Source: Candidatus Omnitrophota bacterium
GTDB taxonomy: Bacteria; Omnitrophota; Gorgyraeia; JAFGGP01
Assembly (NCBI GenBank): GCA_016930485.1
Contig: JAFGGP010000013.1
Span: 89,157-153,156 of the forward strand
Reading direction: 5' to 3'
DNA length: 64,000 bases
The notes under the pieces are model-generated. The model did not search any database and was not told the DNA's origin. It worked only from the letters and a program-made list of their open reading frames with translations. The position numbers and the translations under genes were made by a program. This document shows positions 10,550 through 18,092 of the stretch, piece after piece (the stretch's first letter is position 1; each line of letters begins with the position of its first letter).

Positions 10550-10569
10550 TGCCCTGGGGTGGCAGGGCA
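10550..10569 (+). terminator. weak hairpin after the DUF4416 gene (TGCCCTG-6 nt-CAGGGCA), no clean T-run
   Basis: Inverted repeat read directly from the sequence. It sits 10 nt after the stop at 10540. Confidence 0.25.
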
Positions 10570-10683
10570 AGATAGTTAAAATGGTGTTTAAAGAAAACAA
10601 AAAAACATCTTTTTGACAAGATTTAATTTAATATATAACAATAACTTAAAAATATTGATAGGATAGCTATTTTTGATAAATTC

Positions 10684-10712
10684 TTGACAAAGATGAATAG
10701 ATATGATATACA
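10684..10712 (+). promoter_or_regulatory. sigma70-like promoter of the flp/tad locus (TTGACA-17 nt-TATACA)
   Basis: Consensus -35 at 10684-10689 and -10 at 10707-10712, within the AT-rich 290-bp gap. A second TTGACA at 10613-10618 has a poorer -10. Confidence 0.5.
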
Positions 10713-10830
10713 TTGATATAGTCTTTTGCGGTCGGATAAACATAAATTGTGATTCTGGAAGGCGCAGCATCATTTTATGAGGTATACTTTAAGGTAACGG
10801 GTTTATTAAAAAAGCAACAGGAGGTGACGT

Positions 10831-11007
10831 ATGATGATGGTTCAGTGGATGAAGTTCCGTTTAAACCGCAAGGGGCAGACAGTAGTTGAATATGCACTTA
10901 TCGTGGCATTAATCGCTATCGCCCTTATAGCCACGGTAACCGCGTTTAGGGCGGAGCTTCTGAGAATCTGGCAAAACATGGTTGATGCGCTAGCCGGCGG
11001 AGTGTAA
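10831..11007 (+). CDS. flp: Flp/Fap family type IVb pilin precursor (58 aa; not in ORF track)
   Basis: AGGAGG at 10819-10824, then ATG. Translation: MMMVQWMKFRLNRKGQTVVEYALIVALIAIALIATVTAFRAELLRIWQNMVDALAGGV. Has the G/XXXXEY processing motif and a hydrophobic helix, and lies first in the tad locus. Confidence 0.8.
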   Translation: MMMVQWMKFRLNRKGQTVVEYALIVALIAIALIATVTAFRAELLRIWQNMVDALAGGV

Positions 11008-11071
11008 ATGGTCGGCTTTGGTTACACAATGGTTTTGTCCGGCAGACACTTCTTAGGATGTTGTCCGTAGG

Positions 11072-11097
11072 AAATTATGCCTTACAAGGCATAATTT
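11072..11097 (+). other. perfect 12-bp-arm hairpin (AAATTATGCCTT-AC-AAGGCATAATTT) downstream of flp
   Basis: Inverted repeat read directly from the sequence. No T-run follows. Confidence 0.4.
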
Positions 11098-11114
11098 GTG
11101 ACATGTTGCGCTAA

Positions 11115-11179
11115 AGAAAAGAAGACCGCCACAGTACTCACGTACCTTGGAAGAATGTTGCTGGCGGTCGTTCTTTTCT
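11115..11179 (+). terminator. long imperfect hairpin with T-rich tail between flp and tadE-like gene (possible attenuator)
   Basis: AGAAAAGAAGACCGCCA ... CTGGCGGTCGTTCTTTTCT. The arms pair with one bulge and the right arm ends in TTCTTTTCT. Confidence 0.35.
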
Positions 11180-11218
11180 ATATTATTGATGGGAGAGTTA
11201 GTAAATAGAGGTAGTATT

Positions 11219-12565
11219 ATGCCAAACAAAAGCGGCGCCAAAAATCACGGGCAGTCAACTGTTGAGTTTGCCCTTATTATTATTTCTTTTTTGCTCCTGA
11301 TTATGGGCATTGCTGATTTTACCCGTGCGCTCATGATCCGAAACACGCTGAACCAGGCTGCCCGGGAAGGGGTGCGCGAGGCGGTGACATTCTTTGATTT
11401 GGTTGACAACGACCCGCGTGTCATGGAGGTTATGCAAGATATCCTGGATGCCGCCGGCATCAGTGATGACGAACTAAAAGAAATCACTCTGGAGACTCAG
11501 GATTATTTGACCGGAGAGCCGATTAAGGCAACGGTAACGGCCGGGTATCGCCCGTTTTTTTCCCGTCTTATCCCCGGTGTAGATCAGGTACAACTGGTGG
11601 GGATGGCCGTCATGCGTCATGAAATCGCAAATATTATAATTCCCGAGCCGCCGGCCGATGACGACGACGATGACGATGATGATGATGATGAAAACAATAT
11701 ACCGCCGATCGCCGTGCTTACGGCCGACCCGCTTTCTGGAAGCGTCTTGGTCGGTGTACCTAATAGAGATAAGCTCAACGTACATTTTGACGGGTCCAAA
11801 TCGGTGGATCCTGACGGGGGTTCGGTTGAGTATTCGTGGAATGTGGACGATGACTACTATAAAGAAGGGGGCGCGACTCTTGACTACAAATTTAGCGTAG
11901 GGACGTATTATGTCATACTTACCGTGACCGACGTTGATAGAGCCACTGACAGCGCCCGCGTCGATATCACGGTTAAAGCGGCACCCCCAGAAACTGATGA
12001 TGACGATGATGATGATGACGCGAATACTGTTAAGGCCTGTTTTACCGCAATCCCTGAGTCTGGAAATGCCCCGTTAACCGTTCAGTTCAGTGCAAGTTGC
12101 TCAACCGGTCCCATTACGAATTATGATTGGGTTTTTGGCGACGGCAACTCCAACTTTGGGACGGACGTAAACACCTCCAATATCTATAACGTTGGAACTT
12201 ACCAGGTCACGCTCACGGTAAGCAATGAGGATGCAACCTCCTCGACAAGCAAGACGATCTATGTGAGAGAACCTGGGGTAGACAATAAGCCACCAAAAGC
12301 GCGCATTAATGCATATCCACTGTCCGGAACCGCCGACTTAAAGGTGGAAGTCGATGCCTACGATTCCGAGGATGAGGATGGAAAGATTGTGGCCTATGCA
12401 TGGACTTTTGGAAACGGAAAAACAGGTTCAGGCGTTACGGCGAATACCGTCTATACGTCGGGAGGGTTGTACACTATTACCCTTACGGTATATGATAACG
12501 AGGCCGCATATGATACAGCTACAACAACTATCGATGTTGAGGATCTCAAGATTACTCCGGATTGA
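11219..12565 (+). CDS. TadE-like pseudopilin fused to three PKD domains via poly-Asp linkers (448 aa)
   Basis: The N-terminus GQSTVEFALIIISFLLLIMGIADFTRA has the TadE G/XXXXEF motif. D11 and D8 linkers are present. Three PKD-like repeats include WVFGDG...GTYQVTLTV and WTFGNG...GLYTITLTV. ATG 11219 is preferred because the track start 11147 lies inside a hairpin. Confidence 0.75.
   Translation: MPNKSGAKNHGQSTVEFALIIISFLLLIMGIADFTRALMIRNTLNQAAREGVREAVTFFDLVDNDPRVMEVMQDILDAAGISDDELKEITLETQDYLTGEPIKATVTAGYRPFFSRLIPGVDQVQLVGMAVMRHEIANIIIPEPPADDDDDDDDDDDENNIPPIAVLTADPLSGSVLVGVPNRDKLNVHFDGSKSVDPDGGSVEYSWNVDDDYYKEGGATLDYKFSVGTYYVILTVTDVDRATDSARVDITVKAAPPETDDDDDDDDANTVKACFTAIPESGNAPLTVQFSASCSTGPITNYDWVFGDGNSNFGTDVNTSNIYNVGTYQVTLTVSNEDATSSTSKTIYVREPGVDNKPPKARINAYPLSGTADLKVEVDAYDSEDEDGKIVAYAWTFGNGKTGSGVTANTVYTSGGLYTITLTVYDNEAAYDTATTTIDVEDLKITPD
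11657..11689 (+). repeat. in-frame GAY triplet tract encoding Asp x11
   Basis: gat gac gac gac gat gac gat gat gat gat gat, read directly in the frame of the CDS. Confidence 0.95.
11996..12019 (+). repeat. in-frame GAY triplet tract encoding Asp x8
   Basis: gat gat gac gat gat gat gat gac, read directly in the frame of the CDS. Confidence 0.95.
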
Positions 12566-12566
12566 T

Positions 12567-12977
12567 ATGCGAAAGGCTCAGGCCATTGTCGAGATGGCCC
12601 TTTTAATCCCGGTCCTGTTGTTGCTTGTGCTGGGTATCTTTGATGCTTCGCGGGCATGTCTCTTGAAGGCAAATTTAAATGAAGTTGCCCGTGAAGGTGT
12701 CCGGAAGGCGGCGCTGCTTGAAAACATCGAAACCGACGATAGCCGGGTTATTGATTACTGCACGCAGTTACTGGAAGAACAGGGCCTTATGCCTGAAGAA
12801 CTAACAGACCTGACTATACTGGTTGAGCTTGAGCAGTCAACCCCTATTATCGGAGACGCTATCACCGTGCGGGTAAGCAGGCGATTCAGGGGGATCTCGG
12901 GAAGGATTATTCCTTTTTTTGAGCCTGCTATACCCATCGTTGGAAAAAGCGTCATGAGGTACGAGGCAGGTTCATAA
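12567..12977 (+). CDS. TadE/TadF-like pseudopilin (136 aa)
   Basis: MRKAQAIVEMALLIPVLLLLVLGIFDASRA...NEVAREGVRKA parallels the N-terminus of the upstream TadE-like gene. ATG lies 1 nt after the upstream stop. The track start 12354 overlaps the PKD gene. Confidence 0.65.
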   Translation: MRKAQAIVEMALLIPVLLLLVLGIFDASRACLLKANLNEVAREGVRKAALLENIETDDSRVIDYCTQLLEEQGLMPEELTDLTILVELEQSTPIIGDAITVRVSRRFRGISGRIIPFFEPAIPIVGKSVMRYEAGS

Positions 12978-13001
12978 CTCTACGAACTGCGGGGTGACCG
13001 T

Positions 13002-14186
13002 ATGCAGAAACAAAAGACATTTCTCATTTTAGCGCTCGCAATATTTTTCGGCTTTCTTGCAAGCTACTCGATGTATCAGTTCTTGCGGTCTCAAAAACAG
13101 CCCGAAGAGGCGAAGGTTACAACAATCGAGCAACCGGTCATCCTGGCAAATAAAGACCTTGCCCGCGGCGCCGTTGTCGATAAAGACGACATCAAAGCGG
13201 TGCAATGGCCGATCTCAAAGATTCCCCGGAATAGCTTTGCAGAGGAAGGGGAAGTTATTAACCGGATAGTCCGACGGGAGATCACCAAGGGTTCGGCTGT
13301 ACTAACCGATGACCTTCTTCCGGTAAAGACGGTTATCGAAGAGATACCCGAGGGCATGCGGGCATTACCGTTAGAGGTAGAAGGCTTCATGGGCGATGAA
13401 ACCATGTTTGTAGCCGGTGGCTTTGTTGATATTTTGGCAACCTTTAAGACGAGTGACAAAAAACTGATAAGCAAACTTGTTCTGCAAAATGTAAAGCTCC
13501 TGGCGATCCCGCAGAGTGTAGAAAAGAAGGAGAGAAGGCGCGAAAAGAGGGATGTTGTGGTGGCCGTTTCACCCGAAGATGCCGAGGCCCTGGCCCTTGC
13601 GCAGAAGGCGGGCGATATCTTTCTTGTAACAAGGACCCTTACCGATAAGAGCTATGTTGTCACGCCCGGCGCAGATATCACCGATTTAAAAAAGATGGGT
13701 TCTGAGCGGTGGGCTTTCCTTAAAAAAATTCCTGAAGGAAAACGTGCAGTCAGTCTTTGGACACTCAGTGCCATTCTAACCGAGGACTTCTTGCAACCGG
13801 GTGCCCATGTTGATATTGCAGTAGCCTTCACTTCGCCAGAAAGCGGGAAGCAGGTAGTCAAAACGCTCCTGCAGAATATCGAGGTCCTGGCTATCCGCAC
13901 CGAAAGCGACATCACTGTTTCGGCGCCCGGAGTTAATATCCGCGGCACCGCCTCAGAGGTTGTCGTAGCGGTTGAACCTCAAAACGCCGAGGCACTTCTC
14001 ATAGCCTCATCCAAAGGGAGTGTGGTGCTATTGCCGCGAACCCTCGATGACAATTCGGTAGTCGACCTCCGAATGGGTACCTCCGAGGACGATATTCTAA
14101 AAACAGAAAATACGGTTGAGGTGATACGTGGGACGGCAAAGAAACAGGAGGTTTTAAGTCCGATTAAGCCGGTAGCAAACAACTAA
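13002..14186 (+). CDS. cpaB: Flp pilus assembly protein CpaB/RcpC with duplicated C-terminal domain
   Basis: N-terminal TM helix and a SAF-like segment (VILANKDLARGAVV). These are followed by two similar ~105-aa IPEGxRA...VDI...LQN..LAI...VVVAV.P..AEAL...RTL modules. Confidence 0.8.
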   Translation: MQKQKTFLILALAIFFGFLASYSMYQFLRSQKQPEEAKVTTIEQPVILANKDLARGAVVDKDDIKAVQWPISKIPRNSFAEEGEVINRIVRREITKGSAVLTDDLLPVKTVIEEIPEGMRALPLEVEGFMGDETMFVAGGFVDILATFKTSDKKLISKLVLQNVKLLAIPQSVEKKERRREKRDVVVAVSPEDAEALALAQKAGDIFLVTRTLTDKSYVVTPGADITDLKKMGSERWAFLKKIPEGKRAVSLWTLSAILTEDFLQPGAHVDIAVAFTSPESGKQVVKTLLQNIEVLAIRTESDITVSAPGVNIRGTASEVVVAVEPQNAEALLIASSKGSVVLLPRTLDDNSVVDLRMGTSEDDILKTENTVEVIRGTAKKQEVLSPIKPVANN

Positions 14187-14209
14187 TGATTTCATTTAAG
14201 GAGGCTTCT

Positions 14210-15685
14210 ATGACAAGCCGTGCCAAGCGGGCAATAAGGCAGACACTGGGTATGCTATTTATAATACTACCGCTGCTTTTTATATCCCCCGGATCCGGCG
14301 AGGCAAAAACTGTCCTACTTGGTCAGGAGGATACTACGACAGTGCTGTTAGTAGGCGGGAAATCGAAATTAATCACGTTTGAAGACAAGATTTCACGCGC
14401 CTCGATTACAGAAACCGACATCGCAGATGTTGTGGTAGTGTCCCCGTGTGAGATTGTGCTCAACGGGAAGAAGCCGGGGACGACCACCTTGATTGTCTGG
14501 GATATGAATGAAGAGAGTACCACGTTCGATCTTTCGGTCGAGTTGGATACGGCACAGTTGCAGCAGCTGATTAATCAGCTTATACCGTTCGAGGATATCT
14601 ATATTTATCCAGCGAGTGACTCTGTGGTCCTTGCTGGAGAAGTGGCAAGGGAAACGAGTATCCAAAAGGCCATGAACCTTGCCCGGGCCTTTGTGGTAAA
14701 CGAAAATAAACTGGTTAATCTGATGAAACTGCAGGAACCCAAGCAGATTATGCTGCAGGTTCGGTTTGCCGAGGTCGATCGTTCAATTGAAAAAAATCTC
14801 GGGATCGATTTTTTTATACAGGATGCCAACTATACACGGAGCAGTTTTATCGGTGGGTTGTTATCTCCTCAAGTTTCTGCTACATCGACAGACTTCGGCA
14901 TATCGTCATCAACTGATCTGCTCCTCGAGATGCGTCGCGGGACCAATTACACCATGGCCTTTAAGGCACTTGAAGAAAAAGGGCTTTTACGCATTATCGC
15001 AGAGCCAAATCTTTTGGCAAGAAGCGGTGAGGAGGCAAGTTTTTTAGCCGGCGGCGAATTTCCAATACCCGTGGTTCAGGGGGCAGGGGGTACTGCGTCA
15101 AATTCCGTTACGATCCAGTTTAAGGAGTTTGGTATAAAGCTGAACTTCACCCCGGAGGTAACCGATGCCGGCAGCATCAAACTGAAGGTCGCCCCCGAGG
15201 TAAGTGTGCTGGATTTCAGTTCTGCGGCTGTTCAGCTTTCCGGTTTCAGCGTTCCTGGCCTCGTAACAAGAAAGGCCGATACGACCGTCGAGATGGCAAG
15301 CGGGGAGAGTCTTATTATCGGGGGGCTCATCTCTCAGAAGGAAACAAAGGGATTGGATAAAGTACCTATATTGGGGGAGATCCCTGTCTTGGGGTGGCTC
15401 TTTAAAAGTGACAGCTATCAAAAGGAAGAAACAGAGTTGATTGTATTGGTAACCCCTATCTTTATCAAGCCTGTCGCACTCAATGATCTGGCCGAAGTCG
15501 CATCACTGCATGAGACACCGGAGTTAATAAAGCCGCAAAAGGCCCCATATCGGGATGCCCAGGCTGACCTGATGAGGGGTTTCATTGATCCTCAATCAAG
15601 TATTGTAAGAAAAACCCTGGATCAGGTAGAGGAGGAAACAGCGCCTTATGCACCTCAATCATCACAAGGATATGGATACTATTAA
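14210..15685 (+). CDS. cpaC: Tad secretin CpaC/RcpA
   Basis: Signal peptide, pilus-N domain (ISRASITETDIADVVVVSP...GTTTLIVWD), and secretin core (GGEFPIPV, ESLIIGGLIS, VPILGEIPVLGWLFKS). AAGGAGG at 14198-14204 favours ATG 14210. Confidence 0.85.
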   Translation: MTSRAKRAIRQTLGMLFIILPLLFISPGSGEAKTVLLGQEDTTTVLLVGGKSKLITFEDKISRASITETDIADVVVVSPCEIVLNGKKPGTTTLIVWDMNEESTTFDLSVELDTAQLQQLINQLIPFEDIYIYPASDSVVLAGEVARETSIQKAMNLARAFVVNENKLVNLMKLQEPKQIMLQVRFAEVDRSIEKNLGIDFFIQDANYTRSSFIGGLLSPQVSATSTDFGISSSTDLLLEMRRGTNYTMAFKALEEKGLLRIIAEPNLLARSGEEASFLAGGEFPIPVVQGAGGTASNSVTIQFKEFGIKLNFTPEVTDAGSIKLKVAPEVSVLDFSSAAVQLSGFSVPGLVTRKADTTVEMASGESLIIGGLISQKETKGLDKVPILGEIPVLGWLFKSDSYQKEETELIVLVTPIFIKPVALNDLAEVASLHETPELIKPQKAPYRDAQADLMRGFIDPQSSIVRKTLDQVEEETAPYAPQSSQGYGYY

Positions 15686-16868
15686 GTTCCATGCTGTCTG
15701 TTTCGGGTCGCACAAGGGTCAAAGAGGCGTCATCGCCCTTGCTGCTATCACCCTGATTGCTTTACTCGCGATAGGGGCCCTTGCCGTTGATTTGGCGTAT
15801 CTTTATACCAGTAAAGGAGAGCTTCAGAATGCCGCTGATGCAGCGGCACTTGCCGGTGTCGGGGCGATCTGGGCCGGGTCTGAAAGCGCCATCGATGAGG
15901 CAAAGGAATTTGCGGCCAAGCATTGGGCCGCCGATGATATTGTGGAACTGCAAGACTCTAATATTTTAACGGGGGAGTGGAGTTTTGCGGAGGAAAAGTT
16001 CACAGCTAACGTTGTGCCGCCCAACGCAATCCAGGTACGGGCAAGCCGTGATGCTGATGCAAAGCAGGGCAAAATCGGCTTATTTTTTGCCCGGATTCTC
16101 GGTATGCAGGACATCGCCCTTTCGGCCACGTCTACCGCGGCTATCGGTGGTAGAAACATCGTTATGTGTCTCGACCGCTCAAAGTCGATGGAGGAAGGCA
16201 GTGGAATAAAGGACGAGGACGGAAAGGAACTAAAACTCATAGAGCTACTTGAAAAGGCCGCCATCGATTTTGCGAACGACCTAGAGACCTCACTTGCCGA
16301 TGATCGGATAGGAGTGGTGTATTATCACAGCTTCGCCTGGGATTACATTCGCACTATGAAAGACCCGGGGACACAACACAGCCAGATTGTCGACGATATT
16401 CACGGAGGGGCCTGGGCAGACTGGCCGGATGGCATCGGCGGACCGCCTGATAAGGGCTGGACCTGTATCTCGTGCGGCATGAATGAGGCATGGAAAGAGC
16501 TGGCGTCAGACAGGGCGACCCACTGGGGCGTCCGCGTTATGATCATCATGACAGACGGGCACCCAAACCTGATTCTCGATCCGCCGGGCGATGTGGGCGA
16601 ATACGCGATGGAGCATTCGATATTCATAAACGGTGCCGAGGCCAATCGAGATGCAAGGGAGGAGATACTCGAATTGGCACAAAAAATCGCAGATGAAGGT
16701 ATCGTCATTTATACTATTGGGTTAGGTCTGGTGAATAGAACTCTTCTTGAGGATGTCGCAGAAATCGGGGGAGGGAAGGCTTACTTTGTTTCTTCTGCAC
16801 ACCCTGAGGAGTTGGATGACGCGTTTGAAAGCATAGCCGAAAAAATACCCATTATTCTTGCAAAGTAG
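15648..16868 (+). CDS. TadG-like pseudopilin with C-terminal VWA (MIDAS) domain
   Basis: Tad N-terminal motif GQRGVIALAAITLIALLAIGALAVDLAYLY...LQNAADAAALAG. VWA DxSxS (LDRSKSM, 16173-16187), MTDG, IYTIGLG. The start is uncertain (15648 or ATG 15672). Confidence 0.7.
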   Translation: MHLNHHKDMDTIKFHAVCFGSHKGQRGVIALAAITLIALLAIGALAVDLAYLYTSKGELQNAADAAALAGVGAIWAGSESAIDEAKEFAAKHWAADDIVELQDSNILTGEWSFAEEKFTANVVPPNAIQVRASRDADAKQGKIGLFFARILGMQDIALSATSTAAIGGRNIVMCLDRSKSMEEGSGIKDEDGKELKLIELLEKAAIDFANDLETSLADDRIGVVYYHSFAWDYIRTMKDPGTQHSQIVDDIHGGAWADWPDGIGGPPDKGWTCISCGMNEAWKELASDRATHWGVRVMIIMTDGHPNLILDPPGDVGEYAMEHSIFINGAEANRDAREEILELAQKIADEGIVIYTIGLGLVNRTLLEDVAEIGGGKAYFVSSAHPEELDDAFESIAEKIPIILAK

Positions 16869-16881
16869 AGGCGGGGACATC

Positions 16882-18090
16882 ATGGAAAAACTATCCACCT
16901 TAATTATCGCCGATAATCGCGAGCAGTCTGATTTATTAAAGCGAGAGCTTGTCGCAGTACCCGATACAATACTGGACATTGTCATCAGCTCGTCGCTTTC
17001 CGAGGCAAAGCCCGTCTTATTAAAACGCCCCGAAATTATCTTTATTGAAATCAGCGAGATTGCCGAGTCGGGTATCGACCTTGTTCGAAGAATTTCTTTA
17101 GAGTCCCCTACATCGCTTCTGGTTGCCATATCTAAAAACGACGATGCCGATCTAATCCTCAAGGCAGTGCGTGCCGGGGCCAAGGATTTCTTGAAAATAC
17201 CTACCACCTCCTCACAGCTAACCCCTCTGATAGAACGGGCAAAACGGATAGAATCGGGGGCCAAACCTCTCAAGGAACGCATGGGTAAGGTAGTGACCGT
17301 CTTCAGCAATAAAGGCGGCACCGGTACCACGACCCTTGCTATTAATCTTGCCGTTGCCCTGGCAACCCTGAATGAATTTTCGGTGGTCGTTGTCGACCTT
17401 GTCCTGCAACACGGGGACGTATCGGCATTTTTGGATATTGCACCTACCTATACCATTGTAGACATTATAGAAAACTTTGAACGCCTCGATGCGAGCTTTT
17501 TAAAGGCCGCTTTGGCAAAACACTCCTCCGGTATTTACGTACTGGCGGAACCCCTGCATCCCGAAGAGGCTGAATTAATTACCACATCACAGATCGGCGA
17601 AATACTAAAGCTGCTCCGTACCATGTTCGATTATGTTATCGTGGACGGGGGTAATGAGTTTGATGAACATGTTTTATCATCCCTCGATTTATCAGACACT
17701 ATTTTGCTACTGTCCCTTTTAAATCTCCCGGCTATCAGGAATACAAAACGGTGTCTCGATATCTTTAGGCGGCTCAGATACGACCCGGAAAAAGCCCGAT
17801 TGATTATTAATCGTTATGACTCACACGAGATCGATAAAGTTTCTATCGAGTCGGTTGAAAAGGCGTTAAACTATACCGTGAGCTGGAAGTTGCCGAATGA
17901 CTATTTTTCTGTTATCAGCGCTATTAATCAGGGGCTTCCGATATTTTCCATCGATAGAAGATCGAAACTGTCTCAGAGTATTTTACAGTTAGCAGGCATC
18001 TTAGCGGACCGGCAAATACCGACCCAGCTCATTAAACGGGAGGAAGGGCTGCTCGATAAAGTAAAACAGATCTGGAAAGGTGGTAAGTAG
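16882..18090 (+). CDS. cpaE: TadZ/CpaE: pseudo-receiver domain + ParA/MinD-type ATPase
   Basis: The receiver-like N-terminus has Glu where the phospho-Asp would be (IIFIEISE). Deviant Walker A VFSNKGGTGTTTLAINLA. ATG 16882 lies after the upstream stop. Confidence 0.8.
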   Translation: MEKLSTLIIADNREQSDLLKRELVAVPDTILDIVISSSLSEAKPVLLKRPEIIFIEISEIAESGIDLVRRISLESPTSLLVAISKNDDADLILKAVRAGAKDFLKIPTTSSQLTPLIERAKRIESGAKPLKERMGKVVTVFSNKGGTGTTTLAINLAVALATLNEFSVVVVDLVLQHGDVSAFLDIAPTYTIVDIIENFERLDASFLKAALAKHSSGIYVLAEPLHPEEAELITTSQIGEILKLLRTMFDYVIVDGGNEFDEHVLSSLDLSDTILLLSLLNLPAIRNTKRCLDIFRRLRYDPEKARLIINRYDSHEIDKVSIESVEKALNYTVSWKLPNDYFSVISAINQGLPIFSIDRRSKLSQSILQLAGILADRQIPTQLIKREEGLLDKVKQIWKGGK

Positions 18091-18092
18091 CT

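Noticed and set aside
11008-11070. 20-codon mini-ORF starting on the base after the flp stop (MVGFGYTMVLSGRHFLGCCP)
   Set aside because: It has no SD of its own and no pilin-like motif, and it is too short to support. It could at most be a coupling artefact.
11147-11218. Upstream extension of the TadE-PKD ORF (track start MEECCWRSFF...)
   Set aside because: The extension lies within the intergenic hairpin (11115-11179), is Cys/Trp-rich and precedes the TadE leader. ATG 11219 gives a normal short prepilin leader before GQSTVEF.
11658-11900. 80-aa + strand ORF MTTTMTMMMMMK...
   Set aside because: It is an alternative frame of the GAY (poly-Asp) tract inside the TadE-PKD gene. It is an artefact of the triplet repeat.
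12354-12566. N-terminal 71-aa extension of the second TadE-like ORF
   Set aside because: It overlaps the last PKD domain of the upstream gene in another frame. ATG 12567 sits 1 nt after that gene's stop and gives a TadE-type N-terminus.
16722-17330. 202-aa minus-strand ORF across the tadG/tadZ junction
   Set aside because: It is antisense to two well-supported Tad genes. It has no motif and no start context.
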